IMG/VR virus record: IMGVR_UViG_3300045738_002143
From: an uncultured virus (IMG/VR IMGVR_UViG_3300045738_002143)
Lineage: Duplodnaviria; Heunggongvirae; Uroviricota; Caudoviricetes
Reading direction: 5' to 3' (one strand)
DNA: 64,000 bases
Made by a program: the position numbers and the translations under genes. This document shows positions 35,730-45,950 of this stretch, one piece after another; the stretch's first letter is position 1, and each line of letters begins with the position of its first letter. Below the pieces are notes generated by a model. The model was not told the origin of the DNA. It searched no databases and saw only the letters and a list, made by a program, of their open reading frames with translations.

Positions 35730-36449
35730 ATGTTTATGATTTGTGTTTATTATCTAAATGAGAGAGATATACATGTTCGCATGGCTATGAATAGTCTGCA
35801 CATGTTGCGGGCGCATAATCAGTCTGTGCCAATTAGATTGTTTATTGTTTCTAACGAGTTTGTTCCCAAGCACAAGCATACTGAGGAATTATTGAAATGG
35901 TGCAAAGAATGGCGAGTAGAAGTTGTTCAGAAACCACTTGATCACGAGTTCTTTTTTACTAATAAGCACCACATCAAAGATTGCCCTGAAAATCGGGTAT
36001 TGTTTATAGATGCCGATACGTTTATTTTTGATGACGTGGAAAAAATATTCGATAAGTATCAAGATTGTGATTTTGTTGGCTGCAAGAATGAATGGGTTAC
36101 TGGCCGGGGGTGGGATGATTTTCTAGATGGGGTCATGCCATTTAATGGTGGTGTGCAACTTTATAACAATGGGTGCCATAGGAATATTTTGGGGCAGTTG
36201 CCTTCTAAATGCAATGATCTGGGGGCGATGGGAAAATGGTTAAAAGAAGGAGATATGGAACACAATCGAGAAGAAATGGCTATTTCCAAAATTGTTGCTG
36301 AGGAACATTCTTTTGAGTATTTTAGAAGAGAGGATTGTCTAATACCTTTGTGGAGTTCTGACCTTGATAATCCGCAAGAGACGATTATATTTCATTCTTT
36401 TGTAAGCCAATGGAATCAGATTTATTCAATGGTAGAGTCTAAAAAATAA
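35730..36449 (+). CDS. GT8-like glycosyltransferase
   Basis: VLFIDADT, FNGGV. Confidence 0.7.
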   Translation: MFMICVYYLNERDIHVRMAMNSLHMLRAHNQSVPIRLFIVSNEFVPKHKHTEELLKWCKEWRVEVVQKPLDHEFFFTNKHHIKDCPENRVLFIDADTFIFDDVEKIFDKYQDCDFVGCKNEWVTGRGWDDFLDGVMPFNGGVQLYNNGCHRNILGQLPSKCNDLGAMGKWLKEGDMEHNREEMAISKIVAEEHSFEYFRREDCLIPLWSSDLDNPQETIIFHSFVSQWNQIYSMVESKK

Positions 36450-37000
36450 ATCTTTCCTTCCTGGTGTAGTTCTTTCAAATAGTCCATTTCCTTATTGCCC
36501 GAATGGCCAAAACATTTACTTTTATCCCATTGTTCATAATAGTGTTGTGATCCTTTGTTCTTAAATCCATTGAATCCAATAACCAAAGGTCGGTAGCCTT
36601 CATACAAGGCCCAGGCAATACCTATAATTCCTGTCGAAGGCTGTCGTACAGGTACATCCCAACACGGGCGGAAGAACAACTTTCGCCTCAATTTATCCAA
36701 AACATGTTTGCGGTTGATTCCGTAAGCTATTTCTTGGGGATATCCTTTTATCTTATTGTGCGTTTCACAAGATCGCAATTTTTGTATGGCAGGACTGTGA
36801 GGCAAATAACACCATATTGTAGTTTTGGAGCCTACATATTTATCGTGTCCCGTAACTGAAAAAGTATTGAACCTCATTATGTTTTCAAAAGAATCTATAA
36901 ACCTTCCCAAAGGTAATTTAAAATCGTATGGGGCATTGCCGATTATGACAATATTGCATCTCGCCATAGCTGAGAATTTGTGAGGATTGTGAAAAAGCAT
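36422..37000 (-). CDS. GT29 sialyltransferase-like protein (paralog of 23220-24035)
   Basis: IIGNAPYD.KLPLG..DSFENIMRFN..VGSKTTIW; PSTG; HYY. Confidence 0.8.
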   Translation of the reverse strand: MLFHNPHKFSAMARCNIVIIGNAPYDFKLPLGRFIDSFENIMRFNTFSVTGHDKYVGSKTTIWCYLPHSPAIQKLRSCETHNKIKGYPQEIAYGINRKHVLDKLRRKLFFRPCWDVPVRQPSTGIIGIAWALYEGYRPLVIGFNGFKNKGSQHYYEQWDKSKCFGHSGNKEMDYLKELHQEGKIYFLDSTIE

Positions 37001-37055
37001 ATATTCTCCCTTGGTGTAAGATGTACTACTATATATTGACGAAAGTGGGAGTAGT

Positions 37056-38126
37056 ATGAAAGCAATTATATTTGGCGGCGGTGGGGATATGGGAGTAGCA
37101 ATGGCCTACGGCCTGCACAGGCTAGGAATTGGCGTTCAGATTGTAGATAACAATGGGTCATCTAGGAACAATGCTTATAAGATATTGAAGGAAACCAAGT
37201 TGGTGCCCAATGTAGAAATAAGATCAGGGCCAGATTTCACCAATGCGAATGTCGCCATATCTGCTGCACCGTATGCCGTCAATGAGAAAATCGCAGGGAT
37301 GTGCTTTAGGGCTAACGTTCCTTACTGTGATTTGGGTGGTAACCCTCTTGTTTCCAGCAACATTCAAGAGCTTGCTGTGCGAAATAAGGGAGTAGCTTTT
37401 ACCGATCTGGGATGTGCTCCTGGTTTGGTGAATATTATGGCTGAGGCATCCTGGAAGCACCACAGAAAGCCCCGCAAGGTTCCCAAGAATGTATACATGA
37501 TGGTTGGCGGTTTGCCTAATAATCCCACAAATCGGCTCAGGTACGCTCGTGTATTTAATGTGGGCGGGTTATACAATGAACTTACTGGGGATTGTGAAAT
37601 CCTAGAAGATGGGAAGGTAGTAACCAGACCGGCTTTGGGCGATATTGAAACGGTTGCTGATCTATCTGACCCGCTGGTGTCATTCGAATCTGGACTCACT
37701 AAGGGCGGGTTATCTCACACACTGAAGCTGATGGAAAGTAGAAAGGTTAAAAATTGTTGCTACAAAACACTCCGTTTTCCGGGACACTTTGATTACATTA
37801 CTTTCATGCTTGAAGAATGCAAAATGAACTTCAAGGAGTTTGTAAAATTTATTAAGAGGGCATGCCCAGAGACAGAAGATGATTTCTTGATAATGCATAT
37901 AGAAGTAGACGACCATGTAGTTCAACATCGCATCGATTCGGATGATACATGGACGGCCATGCAAAAAAGCACATCATTTCCTACGGCAGCAATGGCGGCG
38001 ATTCTTGCAGAAGGCGATGGCCGGAAGCCTGTTTTGGATTATTCTGATGTACCGCTTGTAGATTTTGCAGAGAAATTATCAGTTATTGGAGGCATAGGCG
38101 AACCTCTTAGCTATTGGAATCTCTGA
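37056..38126 (+). CDS. Saccharopine dehydrogenase-like oxidoreductase
   Basis: YCDLGG, DLGCAPGLVN, VGGLP, YKTLRFPGH. Confidence 0.85.
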   Translation: MKAIIFGGGGDMGVAMAYGLHRLGIGVQIVDNNGSSRNNAYKILKETKLVPNVEIRSGPDFTNANVAISAAPYAVNEKIAGMCFRANVPYCDLGGNPLVSSNIQELAVRNKGVAFTDLGCAPGLVNIMAEASWKHHRKPRKVPKNVYMMVGGLPNNPTNRLRYARVFNVGGLYNELTGDCEILEDGKVVTRPALGDIETVADLSDPLVSFESGLTKGGLSHTLKLMESRKVKNCCYKTLRFPGHFDYITFMLEECKMNFKEFVKFIKRACPETEDDFLIMHIEVDDHVVQHRIDSDDTWTAMQKSTSFPTAAMAAILAEGDGRKPVLDYSDVPLVDFAEKLSVIGGIGEPLSYWNL

Positions 38127-38145
38127 TCGTTACTCTTCGCCATCG

Positions 38146-39189
38146 TTAGAGTGTTAATTTTCCTTCACTAGCGGTTCCCGTTCTGGTGGCGGCGGTACAA
38201 AATGCTTCTTGCACTGCTGTCAATGTAGCATCTGTTCCGTCCCATTCTTTTAACGCTGGTTGTTGTAATCCACGCCCGTATGAAAAAGTTAGTCGCCAAG
38301 GGCAATGAGCACCTTCTGCAATTTTATTGATCTTGTTAAGCCTATCATTGGCATCGTGGTCGCTTTGACCTCCAGACAGGAATGCAATTCCTGGTACGGC
38401 TCCTGGCACGGTGTCTAATAAGCATTGGACAGTTTTTTCTGCTACCAAATCGTTTAGTTCTTGGCTTAATTGCAGACTGCTGGCAGTTGGTGCGTGGATA
38501 TACGTTTTGGATTGGTAGCCGGGTAATACCATGTTGGGCTTTAATATCATTTCATTGAAATTTACACCTAATCGGAAGAGTTGATCGAACGTGGTGTGTA
38601 GAACCTCTCTCGTGATGCTGAATACACGGTCGATTGATAGCTCGTGATCCATGATAATTTCTGGTTCTACAATGGGCACCAATCCGCATTGCTGAGATAT
38701 TCTGGCATATCTGGCGAGTGCGTAGGCATTGGCTTCTACATTACCTTTACTGATGTGGCAGCAAGTTCCTGGCGAAAGTACGGCTCGCCACTTTGTAAAC
38801 CTTGCACCAAGTTCACGATAGCGATCTAGTCTGTCGGCAAGACCGTCTAGACCTTCTGTGATTTTTTCGCCTTTATCGTTCCACGGCTTGGTCCCCTTGT
38901 CTACTTTGATACCGGTAAGAACCCCAAGCTGGGCGAGGATTGATGGGATTGGAAGTCCGTCGTCTCCCAATTGTTCAAGTGTTTCTTCAAATAGAATGAC
39001 GCCGCTAATGTGCTTATTCATGTCCTTGGTAGAGAATAAGGCGTTTCTGAATTTGCGACGGTTTTCCGGCGTAGACTCGACGCCGATGGCGTCGAGTCTT
39101 TTTGTCATTGTAGGATTGCTTTCATCGGCAGCCAAAATGCCTTTTCCGTCTGCCATCAATTCTTGTGCTATGTTTTTTAGATCGCTCAT
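38146..39189 (-). CDS. Fructose-bisphosphate aldolase class I
   Basis: GKGILAADES, GIKVDKG, KWRAV, VPIVEPE, LKPNM, FLSGGQ, FSYGR. Confidence 0.95.
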   Translation of the reverse strand: MSDLKNIAQELMADGKGILAADESNPTMTKRLDAIGVESTPENRRKFRNALFSTKDMNKHISGVILFEETLEQLGDDGLPIPSILAQLGVLTGIKVDKGTKPWNDKGEKITEGLDGLADRLDRYRELGARFTKWRAVLSPGTCCHISKGNVEANAYALARYARISQQCGLVPIVEPEIIMDHELSIDRVFSITREVLHTTFDQLFRLGVNFNEMILKPNMVLPGYQSKTYIHAPTASSLQLSQELNDLVAEKTVQCLLDTVPGAVPGIAFLSGGQSDHDANDRLNKINKIAEGAHCPWRLTFSYGRGLQQPALKEWDGTDATLTAVQEAFCTAATRTGTASEGKLTL

Positions 39190-39214
39190 GTTTGTCTCCG
39201 GGTTACTAGATGCT

Positions 39215-40036
39215 CTATAAAAGTAGTTGGTCGTTATTTGCTATTGTTGGAGTTTTCATTTCGTTTGACTCTAAATGAATGCCGTTGTATTGAAAATCAC
39301 CGATATAGGGTGGCCGCAACAGTCTTTCTTCGGTTTCATTTCTTGCTAGTTTTTGTATTTCAGGATCGTATTTTCGCCAAGAAATAAAACCTGTCATGTA
39401 AGAGTAGTACAGGTTTCTTCTGATGTGGTTAGCTTTCCAAGGTTTACAACCATGAATTATTGCGTCCGTGAAAAGAACCACATCTCCAGCAGATAGGTTT
39501 GGACACATTAAGTATGGACTGTCAAAATCTTCTTCTATAGCTCTCAGCAAATCATTTCCACTTACTGGATCATTTCCAAAGCCTGATCGCATATTGTTGA
39601 ATGCGTTGCTTTTGTGCGAGCCGGGAAGGAAGACCAACCCTCCATCTTCTGACTTTTGATCCTTCAACACATGACACACTTGTATTTGAGTTGTGAATAC
39701 TTTACCTCCATTCGTGCAGTACACATTGTATCCATCCGAATAGGGACCGCCGTGTAGATTGGCTGCGTCTCCACGCCATGTGGGTTGTTGTCTTCCAAAT
39801 CCGTGATCGAATCTGAAAGTAGACCCTAAGAAAAACTCTAGCCTTTTCAACAAACGAGGGTCAGACATTAAGTCTAAGAATCGATCATGAACGCCAATAG
39901 TTTTGAACTTGACTGGCTTCTCACCTTGTAGGTGTTCATCAATAATAGAATTAAGCTCATCGACTATTTGGGGAGAATGGAAGTTGCGAATGATTGCAAA
40001 TCCCAAACAGTCTAAGAAGTATATTTCATTTTTCAT
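39215..40036 (-). CDS. PhyH-like 2OG-Fe(II) dioxygenase
   Basis: LHGG, GGLVFLPGSHK, AGDVVLFTDAIIHG. Confidence 0.85.
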   Translation of the reverse strand: MKNEIYFLDCLGFAIIRNFHSPQIVDELNSIIDEHLQGEKPVKFKTIGVHDRFLDLMSDPRLLKRLEFFLGSTFRFDHGFGRQQPTWRGDAANLHGGPYSDGYNVYCTNGGKVFTTQIQVCHVLKDQKSEDGGLVFLPGSHKSNAFNNMRSGFGNDPVSGNDLLRAIEEDFDSPYLMCPNLSAGDVVLFTDAIIHGCKPWKANHIRRNLYYSYMTGFISWRKYDPEIQKLARNETEERLLRPPYIGDFQYNGIHLESNEMKTPTIANNDQLLL

Positions 40037-41016
40037 TTTTTCACAAGTACAAAATCAATGAAAGATTGCCCCATTTGAAAGTTTGGTATTGTCTCTTCAA
40101 ATTTTGAATTGTTTGCTGCCCACAACTCTCTCAAATGTTGTGCTATTTTTTTGTTTTTATGGAAAAAAGATTCTACAGGCTGACGTATGATTTCAAATGA
40201 TTTGGTTTCCCAAGGTAGTGCCTCAAAAAATCTATTGTAGAACTCAAGAGGCCGGTAGACTTTTTGAATATCAGACTCATCATCTAAAAATAAATGTGCG
40301 AATGCTTTGTTTATTTTTTGGTACTGGTGTCCTCCATGTCTAGAACACCAAGGGTGCAGCCTGAATGAAATCAGACTTCCAGATTTACAAACTGAATCTA
40401 TCTCGGCTAGTGCTTTTGCCGGGTCTTTGGTGTGATCGAGTACGTCATGTGCCGACACAATATCGTAGGGGCCAGAGGTTGCAACATCCACAAATCTGGT
40501 TGTAAGCATCAGTTTGTTTTTTATTTTTCCATTCCACTCTTTTTCACCAGTGGATACGATGTCGTATCCCACAGAGAGTGAGGCTTTTGTTGTTGCCGCT
40601 TGTGCGGCATGTCCTTCGCCACATCCGAAGTCAAGAAATTTTTTATCAGTTAAGGTTAGTTCTGAATCCAATAGATCAATTATGCCTTCGCCTCTTTCTG
40701 ACTTTTCTTCTTCTGAATTTGTATTGCATATTAGAAAGTCTGGGACGGCGCTGGGCCAATCTTCACTTTCCATGAGTGTTGAGAAATCAGCAACCGCTTG
40801 AGGGCTATCTTGGGGGGTGTGAGCAACTGGTGTCGTGTCACGCTCTACCCGATAAAAATAGGCGTCCTCTTGAGTGTCTTCTCCATCATCCTTGATGGGA
40901 TCAGGGGAGAGTTCAGAATGAATCTCATTTAATAGGGCGAGGGCTTGAACCTTGTTTTTAAGTGTTTTGACCGTGATTAGATCAATGACCAATGCTAATT
41001 TATCGATGGTTTTCAT
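40033..41016 (-). CDS. Class I SAM-dependent methyltransferase
   Basis: FLDFGCGEG, DVLDH, HPWCSRHGGH. Confidence 0.85.
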   Translation of the reverse strand: MKTIDKLALVIDLITVKTLKNKVQALALLNEIHSELSPDPIKDDGEDTQEDAYFYRVERDTTPVAHTPQDSPQAVADFSTLMESEDWPSAVPDFLICNTNSEEEKSERGEGIIDLLDSELTLTDKKFLDFGCGEGHAAQAATTKASLSVGYDIVSTGEKEWNGKIKNKLMLTTRFVDVATSGPYDIVSAHDVLDHTKDPAKALAEIDSVCKSGSLISFRLHPWCSRHGGHQYQKINKAFAHLFLDDESDIQKVYRPLEFYNRFFEALPWETKSFEIIRQPVESFFHKNKKIAQHLRELWAANNSKFEETIPNFQMGQSFIDFVLVKK

Positions 41017-41165
41017 AATTGTATTTAGCTCCACCTACACGCCCGCACCAGTTTATCATAATAGTGTGCGACGGGAATTGAACCCACGTTACAACACATC
41101 TAATAAAAATCTATACCTATGATAATATATTAGTAGGGTGGCGGTCCTTTTTTATAGGTGGAAAT

Positions 41166-41750
41166 ATGTTGTTTGTTGGCAAAGGCAGAGATCACGAAGA
41201 TCGAAAGGACTGGCACTCTCCGTATGAGTCGGAGAAGATGGTGATGGAGCGCCTGTTGGGTTCTTGCGATCAGGAGTATGCAATAGAAATAGGTGGTTTT
41301 TTTGGAAGCACCACGACAAGATTGGCTTCTTTGTGTGAGAAGAAAGGCATGACGTTGGTTGTGATTGATCCTTGGATTTATCAGAATAGCTATTTCATTT
41401 TCAAACAGACTACCAAGGGTTTTGATTGCATACGGACAATCAAAAAGACTTCAAAAGACGCTTTTCCTGAAGTGAAGTCTATGGTGGATGGTAAGTGTGG
41501 GTTTATTTTTGTTGATGGAAATCATTCTTATCCTGTTGTGAAGTTTGACATGGAAAACTACTTCTCTTTGCTTGCGAAAGATGGAGTTCTGGTTGCACAT
41601 GATTTGTGGTTTTCGGAAGGAGTTAAAAAGGCTTTTTATGAATTTGTCAAGACAAGAAGTTTTTACACTTTCAAACACGAACCTACAGAGGATGAATTGA
41701 TAAATCACCATTCTGCGCAGATGGGATTGGGATGGGTGCATAATGATTAA
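41166..41750 (+). CDS. Methyltransferase (Methyltransf_24-like)
   Basis: IEIG..GSTT, FIFVDGNHSY, VAHD. Confidence 0.85.
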   Translation: MLFVGKGRDHEDRKDWHSPYESEKMVMERLLGSCDQEYAIEIGGFFGSTTTRLASLCEKKGMTLVVIDPWIYQNSYFIFKQTTKGFDCIRTIKKTSKDAFPEVKSMVDGKCGFIFVDGNHSYPVVKFDMENYFSLLAKDGVLVAHDLWFSEGVKKAFYEFVKTRSFYTFKHEPTEDELINHHSAQMGLGWVHND

Positions 41751-42870
41751 GGTTGGTCGTTCGCCACTTCTTCTACAGAAGACCATAGAAGATAAGCTCC
41801 ATAAGTTCACAGATATTTTGGACCTTTGTATTTGCAATCGTTGTTTTTATGCCAGGCATCAATCTCAAAAGTGGCTCGCTCATCATCATGGCAATTTGAG
41901 CATAGAGCTATCAAATAACCAAAATGTTACAAGCCGTCATGTGGATGATTGGTTGATGGATACGGAGCATGGGTTTCTTCATTGTTTCTTGGTTGCTTTT
42001 TTCGCTCTAGAACAAATGAAAATTCCACATGAGGAACTTTTGAGTTTGGTTTGTTCGAGCGAAAATTGGCTTGAAAAGTTGTTAGTGGGTTGTTTGTTGC
42101 ATGATTTCGCTAGATTTGCTGGAGCCGCCGAAGAGGGGCACGATCAGAAATTACGTCATTTTTTTCCTGATCTTTCAGAGGACGTTTACACTCATTCAAA
42201 CCCCATTGAAGAGACGCCGTTGGTTATAGGAGATAGAATTGAATTAAGGAGGTTTCCATACTGGCGAGATTGGGTGAGTGTGGATGTTTCAAAGTACACA
42301 ACAAATGAGACAGAAGTTAATTACTTCTACAAATCGATTAGGCCGGTGCTTGCTCGTATCTTTGAAGGGCGGTACGAACTCTGGGTCAGACATGGGGCAG
42401 AGGTTGAAACGGATTTTTCCAAAGGCGTTTTTCCACAAGGTGTCAATATGCCGCCGATGCCGAACAGAAAGCCCGCCCGCCCCGATCAACAACCGTCTGT
42501 AGACATAGGAAAGTTTTTTACATTTGTTTCTACATCCAGCCGCACTCAAAATTGTTTGTTCGATCATTCCCAGTGGTGGTCGCCTCGTTGTTGTATTACG
42601 ATTGACAGGTTGAAAGAACTTGGTGCTAGGTGCGTTCCTTGCGGCAGCGGAAGAGATCATCTATGTATAGAAAGTTTATCTGGAAAGTTCCAACTTCCTA
42701 TTGAGGAATGGGTTGTGCTGTATGACTATTACCAATTGAGCCTAAGTACCTTTTCAACGCCGGAAAATGTTGTGTCTTACACGATGGGTATTGAGGAAGA
42801 TTTGGCTATCAAGATATTGAGTTGTACGGAAAAGATATCAGAAAGAATCAAGGTGCTTTTGAATGATTAG
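41743..42870 (+). CDS. HD-domain-like protein
   Basis: HGFLH..LLHD..H. Confidence 0.55.
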   Translation: MIKVGRSPLLLQKTIEDKLHKFTDILDLCICNRCFYARHQSQKWLAHHHGNLSIELSNNQNVTSRHVDDWLMDTEHGFLHCFLVAFFALEQMKIPHEELLSLVCSSENWLEKLLVGCLLHDFARFAGAAEEGHDQKLRHFFPDLSEDVYTHSNPIEETPLVIGDRIELRRFPYWRDWVSVDVSKYTTNETEVNYFYKSIRPVLARIFEGRYELWVRHGAEVETDFSKGVFPQGVNMPPMPNRKPARPDQQPSVDIGKFFTFVSTSSRTQNCLFDHSQWWSPRCCITIDRLKELGARCVPCGSGRDHLCIESLSGKFQLPIEEWVVLYDYYQLSLSTFSTPENVVSYTMGIEEDLAIKILSCTEKISERIKVLLND

Positions 42871-43807
42871 TTTTGTCTTGGTTTGTCAGCGAGGGCCGCT
42901 AGAAGTCATGAGTGCGATCTGCGCCGCTTCTTTGAGGAGACACATTCAATTTCCTTTTGAAATAGTCGTGGCAATAGCTGGTCAGTACGGGCCTCTAAGT
43001 GGCACCTCATACGATCTTCTAGATTCTTTAGAGGTTCGCACGGTGGAAATTCATAACGACTTCAATCCTGAGTATCGCATTGGCAATAAGCTGTTTGCTG
43101 TAAACGTAGATTGTGATGCTGATGTCATGGTCTTTTTAGATAGTGACATATTGATGATGAAGAACTTATTGGAGTTGGGCGAAGAGGGTAAGATACATGC
43201 TCTTCCAACACCGGCCTATCCCAAGTTGCATGGGCATGACAGGTCGCATTGGGAATCTCTGTACGATTATTTTGGCCTCGATATGAAAGAGCCTTTTAGG
43301 TTTTACAATTCAGGATTCATTGTAATTCCAAACGGGATAGGTTTACAGCAAAAGTGGATCGAGTATGCAAGGCGAGTCCATAGAGCCAGTCATGATCGCA
43401 AGATCAAAATACTGCCCGAAAGTCCGAAGTCTAGAGAGTACGATCAGCTTTCTCTTAGTTTGACTCTTTCCAAGTACGATGATAAATTGAAAAGTTTGTT
43501 ACCATTCAAAAGAACCAAGGGCTGTATGAATCCTGATTTTTGGAATTGGGATTGTCCCGATCCTATTGAATACAATATGCTAATCAATGTTTGTGATTAT
43601 TGCTGGAAAGAAGAGGTTGTGCCAACCTTTTTGGCTGTGCAAACTCACAAGTACAAATTCAGACCGACAGGACTTCAAGGGAAATATATGGACATGGTGT
43701 CTAAAAAAGTTCTTAGTCTTGTGAAAGAACATCCGAAGATAGCTGATCTTCCAGATTGGGGTGAGTATGTAAACCGTTGGCTAGGCATTCAAACCCATTT
43801 CCTTTAA
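42863..43807 (+). CDS. GT8-like glycosyltransferase
   Basis: VFLDSDI, YNSGF, DQ. Confidence 0.7.
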   Translation: MISFVLVCQRGPLEVMSAICAASLRRHIQFPFEIVVAIAGQYGPLSGTSYDLLDSLEVRTVEIHNDFNPEYRIGNKLFAVNVDCDADVMVFLDSDILMMKNLLELGEEGKIHALPTPAYPKLHGHDRSHWESLYDYFGLDMKEPFRFYNSGFIVIPNGIGLQQKWIEYARRVHRASHDRKIKILPESPKSREYDQLSLSLTLSKYDDKLKSLLPFKRTKGCMNPDFWNWDCPDPIEYNMLINVCDYCWKEEVVPTFLAVQTHKYKFRPTGLQGKYMDMVSKKVLSLVKEHPKIADLPDWGEYVNRWLGIQTHFL

Positions 43808-44402
43808 CGAATGACCGAACTTTAGAGCCTGTTACGATACATTGTCCTACAATGTTTTTATTTGGCGGAACGTAACTCCCTGGCATCAAAACAGAAAAGC
43901 ACCCTATATTGCATCCATCGTCTATAGTTGCTCCAAACTTGCGATGTACTTTTTCTTTGTTGGTTTGATAACAGGCGTTGATATACGATCTACCAACAGG
44001 AAGGTTGCATGTGGCGGAATAGCCAGCAAAGTTGATGGAGTCTCCAAAGACCGAATCAGCAATTACATTTTTGTGAGCTATGGTGGTGTTGGAGCCAATT
44101 ATGCATCGGATCACTTCACAATGAGGCCCGATGCATGAGTTTGGACCTATGTATACTGGTCCACGTATGAATGAGTAGGGGCCGATTCTTACGTTGTCGT
44201 CAAGATAAACTTCGCCCGTAAATAGAGCATATGGTTGGATTTCTACATTTTTGCCCTTATGGACCTTAGCGCTAATGTCTCTATATTCAGAAACCCAATG
44301 ATCGGGAGTTTCCCACTCATATTGATTTACTTTTTTGTGGAAAGATTCTAGCAAATCCCACGGCGTGGTATGTTTTTCTTTCCATAATTGTGTCACACTC
44401 AT
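43713..44402 (-). CDS. Hexapeptide-repeat acyltransferase (GlmU C-terminal-like)
   Basis: IGPYSFIRGPVYIGPNSCIGPHCEV..KFGATI. Confidence 0.85.
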   Translation of the reverse strand: MSVTQLWKEKHTTPWDLLESFHKKVNQYEWETPDHWVSEYRDISAKVHKGKNVEIQPYALFTGEVYLDDNVRIGPYSFIRGPVYIGPNSCIGPHCEVIRCIIGSNTTIAHKNVIADSVFGDSINFAGYSATCNLPVGRSYINACYQTNKEKVHRKFGATIDDGCNIGCFSVLMPGSYVPPNKNIVGQCIVTGSKVRSFVKGNGFECLANGLHTHPNLEDQLSSDVLSQD

Positions 44403-44418
44403 ACTCTGTTAGAGTATG
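44400..44418. promoter_or_regulatory. Palindromic element joining two divergent start codons
   Basis: CATACTCT-GTT-AGAGTATG; related copies at 26915 and 54021. Confidence 0.55.
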
Positions 44419-45051
44419 AAATTTCTAAATTGCGACAGAGTTTTGTGTCTTTCGCCCCATCCAGATGACCTAGAGATAGGAATGATAGGAACCATTACGA
44501 AGTGTAATGATACTCATTTTGATTTGCTGACGATGGCACGGGGCGGCACGGATGGTTTTGATCCTACTAATGATTTGAATCGATTGGGAGAGATTGAGAC
44601 GTTGTGGAAGGAGTCTGGTTGTTCCAATGTAAGTTTGTTGAAAAGCAAATTTGACTTCATAGATGATGCTGAAGAACCAGAGTGGGTCAACTTCATAGAA
44701 AACACGTATGATCTTCACAAATACGAATGTTTGTTGATGCCTCCTTTAGAGGACTCTCATTGCGAACATAGGTTTGCCGCTCACGTTGCTCACGCCCTAA
44801 CTCGATACGTTCCTCTAGGTATGGTTGAATACAAAACTGTAAGTGCGCTTCAACACTGGAGTCCCAATTTGTTTGTGGATGTTACAGAGTTGATGTCGCA
44901 AAAGATGAAGCTACTGGAAGACGCTTTCCAGTCTCAAAGGCAGAAGAAGTGGTTCGCATCCATAGAGCCTTTTCATTTCAACTTCAGATGCCAAAAAAGA
45001 GGGATAGAACGTGTGGAACAATTCAGAGTCACAGAGTTGGTTCAGAGGTAA
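44416..45051 (+). CDS. PIG-L/LmbE family deacetylase
   Basis: SPHPDD, DSHCEH, SQ. Confidence 0.85.
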   Translation: MKFLNCDRVLCLSPHPDDLEIGMIGTITKCNDTHFDLLTMARGGTDGFDPTNDLNRLGEIETLWKESGCSNVSLLKSKFDFIDDAEEPEWVNFIENTYDLHKYECLLMPPLEDSHCEHRFAAHVAHALTRYVPLGMVEYKTVSALQHWSPNLFVDVTELMSQKMKLLEDAFQSQRQKKWFASIEPFHFNFRCQKRGIERVEQFRVTELVQR

Positions 45052-45950
45052 TTGTACTTCGTCCATTTGATTACAGTGTCCATGTTCGACAGGTATGAGT
45101 CGAAGACGGACTTGGCGTAAAGCGAAATTTGTTGAAGGTTTTTGGTTGATAGAAATCTGCCAATGTATTTTTCCGTTTCGTTTATTCTACATTCTGGAAT
45201 GCGAATGATGAACTCGTCATAGTTTACAATTTCTTCTAATGGTAATTTGGCGTTATCCGCCAGGAGTATTGGAATTCTACCGTGCGACAGAGCTTCAAAG
45301 AATCGTTCTGAATTAGCACCTCCTCCCTTTGGACATAGAACAAACTTACTGTCTTTGATTAGATTGTGATATTGTTTTTTGCCGTCGTCTATATCGTTTT
45401 CTTTCTTTTCATAAAAGTAACAACCAGTGTCTTTGAAAAATGTGGATACCTTTGTGTTGTGAAACGCCTTTTCGATGTTGCTCCTGACTATATTCGTTGA
45501 ACACGATCCTTGGAAGGATAGATCGTATTTTGCTTTGTTGATGTTTGAGTATGGTTGTTTGTGAACTTTGTATGGTATGGCGATGCCGTCACTTCCTTGC
45601 TGGACGCTGGGCTTTAGGACCATTCCTTTTGAAAGGATTGGTAGCACTTCTTCATAGTCTCCTTCTTGAAAGAATATGTGCTTATGAATTTCCACACCGT
45701 CTAGCAGCTTAGTCATGATTTCGTTTGCGTTATGGAGATATGACTTCCACTCATGTAGATATTCATTTCGCAAAGGACAGGAAATGTAACTATTTATCAT
45801 GATTGAAGCTGGATAAACCTTTAGTCCGTAATAACTTTCTTTGATTTGACTTAAATAGGTTAGAGGTTTTAAGGTTAGAGTTGGATGTTGGAAGTGAGGA
45901 GCTTTTCCCAGTTCGGGTCCAACCGTGAATTTATCAAATGGAATAACCAT
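45042..45950 (-). CDS. Exostosin-like (GT47) glycosyltransferase
   Basis: SKFVLCPKG..SERFFEAL..IPI..LP; start inferred. Confidence 0.8.
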   Translation of the reverse strand: MVIPFDKFTVGPELGKAPHFQHPTLTLKPLTYLSQIKESYYGLKVYPASIMINSYISCPLRNEYLHEWKSYLHNANEIMTKLLDGVEIHKHIFFQEGDYEEVLPILSKGMVLKPSVQQGSDGIAIPYKVHKQPYSNINKAKYDLSFQGSCSTNIVRSNIEKAFHNTKVSTFFKDTGCYFYEKKENDIDDGKKQYHNLIKDSKFVLCPKGGGANSERFFEALSHGRIPILLADNAKLPLEEIVNYDEFIIRIPECRINETEKYIGRFLSTKNLQQISLYAKSVFDSYLSNMDTVIKWTKYNYL

